Of a stretch of 6,865 nt of DNA, positions 1 through 5,083 are shown in pieces (the stretch's first letter is position 1; each line of letters opens with the position of its first letter). The notes under the pieces are model-generated. The model had not been told where the DNA came from and made no database searches. It was given only the letters and a program-made list of their open reading frames with translations. The position numbers and the translations under genes were made by a program. Origin of the DNA: Promethearchaeota archaeon (lineage in GTDB: Archaea > Asgardarchaeota > Odinarchaeia > Odinarchaeales > JBHLKK01); assembly GCA_048939465.1 (NCBI GenBank), contig JBHLPL010000105.1, positions 1-6,865 of the forward strand, in the 5' to 3' direction.

Positions 1-113
1 ATCATGAATTCAAAAGATTCAGTAAAGCCCCTTATGATGTTTAGATATCACTTAAACCCTCCAGGAACAAAACAACGTGATGATTCTATACACAAAAAAT
101 AGGGCAAAGCCAG

Positions 114-129
114 TGATGTTTAAACATCA
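114..129. repeat. Perfect 16-bp palindrome TGATGTTTAAACATCA with a 14/16 copy at 35-50
   Basis: Read directly from the sequence. The second copy is TGATGTTTAGATATCA, 79 bp upstream. Confidence 0.85.
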
Positions 130-512
130 AGGAATTTGACCATGCTCTAAGTAGCTGATTTTGGCCAAAAAGGGAGCCCCTACAACGCCAAAAACACCTA
201 ATCAGACCCCCCTCCAGGACAGTTCTTAGATAGGGGATCATAAAACGCGTTACGAGCTCCAGCATGAGAGCACCAAACCAATTTTGACTGAAGAATCAGA
301 CGTAGAATTTACTTATATCCTCTACTAAAATAATAGTCTGCAAATAATAACATTAGGCATTTACATTACTAAGCGTAAACGCACGAGCCTTACGATATTT
401 CGTTAATTACTCATCGTAGGCGTAATAATTTTAGTAAAATAAATACTTCATTAAATAGGTCTAAAATGAAATTGTTATGATAGCCGGCGGAAAGCGGAAG
501 TAAGCCCTGGTT

Positions 513-527
513 AGAAAATCTTAAAAG
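513..527 (+). promoter_or_regulatory. Putative archaeal BRE + TATA box (AGAAAAT-C-TTAAAAG) for the leaderless gene at 551
   Basis: A purine-rich BRE-like run directly precedes TTAAAAG (521-527), which ends 23 nt before the ATG. This is typical spacing for a transcript starting at or near the start codon. Confidence 0.6.
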
Positions 528-550
528 GTCCAGAAACATAGTACGCAGTC

Positions 551-1114
551 ATGTCAGAAGATCCACTGAAGCAATACGAAAAAGGTATCGGCTACCTGAA
601 GCAGACAAGTACAAACTTGATGTTACAGCTACCCGCTCTCAAACTTGATTCCAAAGGGAAAGCCATTCTCGACTCACAAGGCAGACCTCAATTTGATCCA
701 GAAGGAAAGCCAAAATTCGTAAGTGTGGGTCCAGGGTTCGTCTTTTTTGCAGATAAACCGGAGTTGTCGCGTCCGTATAAGGTGGATTATCCCGATGGAA
801 GATCATTCCAGCTTTCCACAGAGTTTATGGATATCTTCAAGATCAAAAGGGAATCAGACTTGATGCGCATTATCCGTAGCTGCTCAATCATTCTAACAAA
901 TTTCAGCGGGCCATTAGAGAAAGATACATTTGGAACACACGTTGATAGACTGAGAGATTGGATCGGTAAAGGCAATTGGCAGAAAGGGATTGATGGACTC
1001 GTTACAGCTCTCCCCATTATTGAAATTCTAATGGGGTCAAAGAAACCACAATTTGCTACAAAAGAGTATGGCGATGCAGCCATTGTCTTGGCAATTCGAT
1101 TTGGACTTTGGTAG
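551..1114 (+). CDS. Hypothetical soluble protein, 187 aa, with three tandem 8-aa [LF]-D-x-x-G-[KR] motifs
   Basis: Uninterrupted ORF with globular-protein-like composition and no clear TM segment. A BRE/TATA-like element lies about 25 nt upstream with no SD (leaderless), and an oligo-T tract follows the TAG. No family recognised. Confidence 0.85.
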   Translation: MSEDPLKQYEKGIGYLKQTSTNLMLQLPALKLDSKGKAILDSQGRPQFDPEGKPKFVSVGPGFVFFADKPELSRPYKVDYPDGRSFQLSTEFMDIFKIKRESDLMRIIRSCSIILTNFSGPLEKDTFGTHVDRLRDWIGKGNWQKGIDGLVTALPIIEILMGSKKPQFATKEYGDAAIVLAIRFGLW

Positions 1115-1140
1115 CCCTCTTATTCTTTTTTGTTTTCCCC
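1115..1140 (+). terminator. Oligo-pyrimidine (archaeal intrinsic) terminator
   Basis: CCCTCTTATTCTTTTTTGTTTTCCCC immediately follows the TAG at 1112-1114, in a convergent intergenic gap. Confidence 0.6.
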
Positions 1141-1247
1141 GGTCTTTCTGCAATATGGCGGCAAAACCTTTTCGATTTTTCGAGAGGTACTAACTGTTAG
1201 GAAAATACGAATTAATTGTGAGATTAACAGCTAGACTTTGGGATGAT

Positions 1248-1730
1248 CTATCCAAGCCAGTAATTTGGAATCCAAGCCATAATATTGGCACTCAGAATGA
1301 AGGCGAAATATGCTAGGCTCAAATACACTCCCAAGGAGAATATTTGAAAATGAACATCGGAATAGAAGGATACAGTAACAACTTGGAATAAGGGCATTAG
1401 TAGAATAAATGCAGTTATTAGCGGAACTAGGTAAACCAATCGTATCCAGAGCAGCTTCTTAAAGCTTGGTGATTGTGTTATGGGATATTTAAGTTTGCTA
1501 GCAGATATCAGAAGGATCCATGATATGAAAGTAACACAGTTTACAGCGATTATCTGGCCAATATTAATCATTGTCTCCCAATAGCTAACACACCAGGCAC
1601 CACCACACCACGAACCCCCAGGACCGAAGTAGAAGCTCATTCTGGCAGGAATATTCATGAGGAGCAGAAACCCCGAGAATGTGGCAAGGAAAAACGGTAT
1701 AACTTCAAATTGGAATCGTGGCCTGGTCAT
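1248..1730 (-). CDS. Hypothetical 4-TM membrane protein, 160 aa, with W-C-G-G-A-W-C in the first loop
   Basis: Four hydrophobic segments (about aa 10-28, 57-77, 94-115, 133-154). SD GAGGTG (1741-1736) lies 5 nt before the ATG, and the start overlaps the upstream stop (ATGA). Confidence 0.88.
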   Translation of the reverse strand: MTRPRFQFEVIPFFLATFSGFLLLMNIPARMSFYFGPGGSWCGGAWCVSYWETMINIGQIIAVNCVTFISWILLISASKLKYPITQSPSFKKLLWIRLVYLVPLITAFILLMPLFQVVTVSFYSDVHFQIFSLGVYLSLAYFAFILSANIMAWIPNYWLG

Positions 1731-1741
1731 ACATTCACCTC
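1727..1741 (-). promoter_or_regulatory. Translational coupling junction: SD GAGGTG plus ATGA stop/start overlap
   Basis: The minus strand reads GAGGTGAATGTATGACC. TGA (1729-1727) ends the upstream gene and ATG (1730-1728) starts the next. Confidence 0.85.
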
Positions 1742-2452
1742 GATGTAGTCTGTCTTATAGAAACTCCCCAATCCCGTAAATCCTGCCATAATTGTGAATA
1801 TTAAACCAATTGAAGTGGCAAAGATAGTGAAGTCAAACACACCCGCCATAACGTAAGTAAGTCCTGTAGATATCCAGAGCCTGTTGAGCGTAAAGTGCTT
1901 ACTTACTATTATGAAAACGAACCCAAACGAAACCATACTTAATCCAACAAGCAGATTCTCCAAGATGAGCAAAACCCACCCAAGAGAATTAAGGCCCCAC
2001 ACAAAGAGAAAACCCCCGTAGGGAGAGGTTTCCGAAGTCCAATAAGGAACTTGATTCAGTGAAATCGTATTAAATAAAATGCTAATTAAACCTGCAAGTA
2101 TGGCAAGAGCAAATCCAAGAGAGAATGATCTTTTTGGCAGGTTATTGGTTCCAATCTTGTGACCAATTCTTCTAATTAAGATAAGAAGCAGAAAGATAAG
2201 AACTAGGAACAAAAGTGAATTCAGAATTCCTAACAGGGATGGGAGCTGAAAATGCAGGAAATCAGGTTCTCTCGCATTATATATAGTAAGATAGAGAAAG
2301 CGGTAATTGAAAACCGAAGCTACGGTAAGGAAATACCATGATATATAGAAAAAGGTTTGACCCAGCAATATAGGTGGAAGTATTGCTGTAATCGCTATAG
2401 CTATGAGAAGGATTTGGCTTATCGCGCCGATCAGAAGTTCGCGTTCTACCAT
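1727..2452 (-). CDS. Polytopic (about 6 TM) membrane protein, 241 aa; C-terminal part loosely DUF973/DUF996-like
   Basis: Long hydrophobic ORF. Start moved from 2476 to the ATG at 2452 because GAGGGGGGGAT (SD-like) directly precedes it and a TATA lies 46-53 nt upstream. The DUF resemblance is from memory of the pattern 'F-x-x-x-S..G..Y..AG..IG.I' and is low confidence. Confidence 0.88.
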   Translation of the reverse strand: MVERELLIGAISQILLIAIAITAILPPILLGQTFFYISWYFLTVASVFNYRFLYLTIYNAREPDFLHFQLPSLLGILNSLLFLVLIFLLLILIRRIGHKIGTNNLPKRSFSLGFALAILAGLISILFNTISLNQVPYWTSETSPYGGFLFVWGLNSLGWVLLILENLLVGLSMVSFGFVFIIVSKHFTLNRLWISTGLTYVMAGVFDFTIFATSIGLIFTIMAGFTGLGSFYKTDYIEVNV

Positions 2453-2482
2453 ATCCCCCCCTCGATTCTGAAGCATGTAAGA

Positions 2483-2522
2483 TTCTCGATTTCTCGATAT
2501 TAATAGACTTTCCGATCGAGAA
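2483..2522. repeat. (TTCTCGAT)x2 tandem plus inverted copy ATCGAGAA
   Basis: Exact 8-mers at 2483-2490 and 2491-2498, the reverse complement at 2515-2522, and a partial copy CTCGAT at 2461-2466. Confidence 0.8.
2498..2514 (-). promoter_or_regulatory. Putative BRE + TATA (CGGAAAGTC-TATTAATA) for the 2452/1730 operon
   Basis: A purine-rich BRE-like run precedes TATTAATA, positioned to give a leader of about 20-25 nt that contains the SD. It is bracketed by TTCTCGAT/ATCGAGAA inverted repeats. Confidence 0.6.
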
Positions 2523-2719
2523 GCCCCTGATACTCCTTGTGGCTTTTGCCCATTGACTCACTTGTGGTCCATCCTTTTATGACTTTCGGGTTTTGATTTT
2601 ACAAAGAACTGTGAAGGTGTTCTACTGGTAGCAAAATGAAGACGGAAGGATAGGTTTTTGATTCAGATCCGTGTACTTCAGGCCTGAGAGCAAATAGGCG
2701 GGATTGGAGATATCATTTA

Positions 2720-2750
2720 GATGATCATACTTAGGGATGATCATACTTAG
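2720..2750. repeat. Exact 15-bp direct repeat GATGATCATACTTAG x2 (16-bp period)
   Basis: Copies at 2720-2734 and 2736-2750, preceded by a degenerate partial copy (GATATCATTTAG). Confidence 0.9.
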
Positions 2751-2917
2751 CAATAGGAAGACGAAGACAAAAAAAATTTTTGTATCATTGAAGTATCTAC
2801 AGAACGGCATAAAACCAAAGGGGGGCTTACACACGAATTTTCTGAACTAATTATTCCGTCCATTCTTGGATTTTTTCCCAGTTGCAGGTATCATAGTCAT
2901 TGTTTTTTTCCGTACAC

Positions 2918-2924
2918 TTATAAG
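2918..2924 (+). promoter_or_regulatory. Putative TATA box TTATAAG for the gene at 2954
   Basis: TATA-like hexamer about 30 nt upstream of the ATG. No good purine-rich BRE precedes it, so confidence is limited. Confidence 0.4.
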
Positions 2925-2953
2925 CAGGAGCAGCGTATGCATTCAGGTCAATA

Positions 2954-3559
2954 ATGGAGGAGTTTGGAGTGGCTGAAACCGACGAAGAACCAAGCAACAA
3001 AGTGTGGAAAAAGTTTCTAAGAAGACATTGGAAAGTAACGACAGTGATTGCAGCAGCTATAGCGGGGGCTGCAGCTGTGGCGTTTTTCGTATTTCTCTGG
3101 GTCGTAGCTGATGCGCAGGCAACAGGGCTCGTGCCAGCTGCGATTGGGCAATGGACCGTTGGCTATGTTATCACGTTCATTCTACACGTGATTCTGTGGG
3201 AATTCGTCTTTGTAGGAACTTGGGGAATCCCTGTAGCTGCCCTAATATTCGCCCTATGGTACAAGAAACTTCCAGAGGAAGAACGGGCTGAATACGAGGG
3301 AGAACCAAAGAAGAAACGACGCAGGCGCGGCATGTCCGCAGGACGAGGTGGCGGTTTTATATCGTTCTTGGTTACCCTGACATGGCTGATTATGATATGG
3401 ATAAACGGGCGGTGGAACCTTGCCTTTCAGGCATGGACATTTAATGACTGGATATATTCATGGATACATGCAATTGCCTGGGATTTACTGATTTTTGGTG
3501 TTCCCCTGACGATATTGATTATCGGGTATTTAGCATATGAGATGAGAAAGGAACCCTAA
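2954..3559 (+). CDS. Hypothetical 4-TM membrane protein, 201 aa (or 196 aa from GTG 2969), with an internal two-fold repeat and a polybasic central loop
   Basis: Four hydrophobic segments with basic flanks (KKFLRRH, KKKRRRR, MRK). GGAGG at 2956-2960 sits 8 nt before an in-frame GTG at 2969, so the true start may be MAETDEE. A terminator-like tract follows the stop. Confidence 0.9.
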   Translation: MEEFGVAETDEEPSNKVWKKFLRRHWKVTTVIAAAIAGAAAVAFFVFLWVVADAQATGLVPAAIGQWTVGYVITFILHVILWEFVFVGTWGIPVAALIFALWYKKLPEEERAEYEGEPKKKRRRRGMSAGRGGGFISFLVTLTWLIMIWINGRWNLAFQAWTFNDWIYSWIHAIAWDLLIFGVPLTILIIGYLAYEMRKEP

Positions 3560-3600
3560 TATCCTCCTTTCTTTGTCTCTATCCTCCTTTTTTTGTCTCT
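3560..3600 (+). terminator. Duplicated 20-bp pyrimidine-rich terminator-like unit
   Basis: ATCCTCCTTTCTTTGTCTCT (3561-3580) and ATCCTCCTTTTTTTGTCTCT (3581-3600) are 19/20 identical and begin 2 nt after the TAA. Confidence 0.7.
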
Positions 3601-3786
3601 CATTCTTTCAAATACTCACCAATTAGGTGACATTAAGATCCCATCGAGTCGGTAATATACAAGACTAAGTACCAAAACCCTCGCACTCATCTGCGTCAAC
3701 TTGGGTCCCGTCTTCCTGATAATAACGTTTGGACCGTTCAGATTTCAAGAAGGTCTTAACAGAATTATCACCGATCATGAATCGGC

Positions 3787-3804
3787 AAAAAAAGTGAAGG
3801 GAGA
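3787..3804 (-). terminator. Oligo-T terminator candidate for the 4783-3845 gene
   Basis: The minus strand reads TCTCCCTTCACTTTTTTT about 40 nt downstream of the TAG, followed by a short CCGAT-N5-ATCGG inverted repeat (3771-3785). Confidence 0.5.
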
Positions 3805-3844
3805 TTTTTTTTGAATATGATTTGAGTAGAGTCACTGCCTACTT

Positions 3845-4783
3845 CTAGTCTGGTGCTAATGAAGCTCCGCAAGACGGACAAAACTGCGCTGGGGGTGATA
3901 CTTCTGCACCACAATGGGGGCAATACTGTGTCTTTTGTGAAGATACAGGCGACTTGGGAGCCGCCGGCGTTGTAGGCAGTGAAGACTTACGAGCCTTAAG
4001 ATCATGGTACAAAACTGTAGCAGCGACTATCCAGAATGGAGTTATAAACGCGGTAACTATGGCCGAAACTATTCCCGAAATTACGCTTACAATGAAGGTG
4101 TATCCAATTATCCCCGCCAGACCAGTTACAAACGCATAAGCGATTGCATTTGAAATGGCCATACCCACCCCCATTATTATGCCTGCCACTATGACAACTC
4201 CAAATGTCTTCCACCAGTTCCCTCCAACGTAATATTTGCTTCTCCCGAGAGAAGATGCTGCGGTTTGATCTTCTAGTATAACGCACTGAGAAGATAGAAG
4301 GAACCAGACGAAGAATAGTATTCCAGGAATTATCAGAAGAATGAAACCAACGATTACAGCGAGACCAAAGAGAATTGCAGAGCCGAGCAAGGACAAGAAA
4401 CGAGCGGAGGCGTGACCGAAACTATCTGAAAGGTCTGCTTTGCGTCCCAAGAATTTATCGGAGGCGAATTTAACTATCGTTCCACCTGCAACTATCATGA
4501 AGAATATGTAGATTATTGCAAGCGACAATCCCGTTGTCAACAATACAGGAAAGTACTGAGTCAACCAGGAAATGATTTGCTCAGGAGCAGTAGGAAATGG
4601 CGGAATAGTGGGCAGAATGAAATAGTCCATTGTCGTTGTAATAAGGGATTCTATGATGTTGAGGATGATGAAGGGAATAGCGAGATACAGTAAGTTACCT
4701 AAGTATATGTCAAGCGACCGGCTGAAGATTTCTCCGAAAGTCATCGGATTGACTTTGGCTTCTTTTGATTCCTTTTGCTTCAT
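3845..4783 (-). CDS. Multi-pass membrane protein (YciC/UPF0259 or DUF7544 / GDPD-membrane-domain-like) with C-terminal zinc ribbon, 312 aa
   Basis: Family-typical motifs 'GEIFSRSLDIY', 'ILLIIPGILFFVWF' and 'VILED..AASSLGRS..V.GNWWKTFG'. A Pro/Ser/Thr linker leads to CPHCGAEVSPPAQFCPSCG (CxxC-x10-CxxC). SD GAGGGA at 4797-4792. Confidence 0.92.
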   Translation of the reverse strand: MKQKESKEAKVNPMTFGEIFSRSLDIYLGNLLYLAIPFIILNIIESLITTTMDYFILPTIPPFPTAPEQIISWLTQYFPVLLTTGLSLAIIYIFFMIVAGGTIVKFASDKFLGRKADLSDSFGHASARFLSLLGSAILFGLAVIVGFILLIIPGILFFVWFLLSSQCVILEDQTAASSLGRSKYYVGGNWWKTFGVVIVAGIIMGVGMAISNAIAYAFVTGLAGIIGYTFIVSVISGIVSAIVTAFITPFWIVAATVLYHDLKARKSSLPTTPAAPKSPVSSQKTQYCPHCGAEVSPPAQFCPSCGASLAPD

Positions 4784-4827
4784 GGTATGCTTCCCTCATT
4801 ATTTTGCGTTAACTGCATGTAACCAGC

Positions 4828-4846
4828 TATTTAAATGATTTCTTTG
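4828..4846 (-). promoter_or_regulatory. Putative BRE + TATA (CAAAGAAATCA-TTTAAATA) for the gene at 4783
   Basis: Near-consensus TTTAAATA (4835-4828) with a purine-rich upstream run, 45 nt before the ATG, leaving a short leader that contains the SD. Confidence 0.7.
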
Positions 4847-5083
4847 TAAAATCAAGACAACGTACTTAGTATTTTTCCAATAATAATCGTTATCCGTGTT
4901 GATTGATCAAAAAACGCTATCTAAAGACAAACAATACGTTCTCTAAAGATAGTCGCCTGAGTAATCTTTGGATAAAACGTCGCAATAACAGCATTGAATA
5001 CGGAACTCAAATATCTTGTTGGGGTCAAAAGTGATTATTCTTGCATCTTTTCCACTCTTGTCGTTTTCGTCTATGCCTTGATT

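Noticed and set aside
1-102. Open + frame 1 (IMNSKDSVKPLMMFRYHLNPPGTKQRDDSIHKK*) as the 3' end of an upstream gene
   Set aside because: Only 33 codons with no recognisable motif. It cannot be judged without the left flank.
77-158. C/D-box sRNA candidate (GTGATGA at 77-83, GTGATGT at 113-119, CTGA at 155-158)
   Set aside because: There is no proper D' box, and the guide intervals (about 20 and 35 nt) are far longer than the usual 10-12 nt. The C'-like motif is better explained as part of the DNA palindrome.
86-265. 59-aa minus-strand ORF (MLELVTRFMIPYL...)
   Set aside because: No SD, atypical composition, and it runs through the palindromic and repeat elements.
787-1083. 98-aa minus-strand ORF
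   Set aside because: It lies wholly antisense within the better-supported 551-1114 gene, with no SD or recognisable features. It is a shadow ORF.
2277-2561. 94-aa minus-strand ORF (MSQWAKATRS...)
   Set aside because: It overlaps the 241-aa membrane gene out of frame and runs through that gene's apparent promoter, and the product is featureless.
2622-2834. 70-aa minus-strand ORF
   Set aside because: It has a GTG start without SD, and it stays open only through the 16-bp duplication. Not supportable as a gene, though a decayed remnant cannot be excluded.
2926-2954. AGGAG + ATG CAT TCA GGT CAA TAA micro-ORF overlapping the 2954 start
   Set aside because: It begins just after the putative TATA, so it would be upstream of the expected TSS. 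Five codons is well within chance.
3665-3778. 37-aa minus-strand ORF (MIGDNSVKTFLKSERSKRYYQEDG...)
   Set aside because: No SD or promoter, and it lies downstream of an oligo-T terminator candidate.
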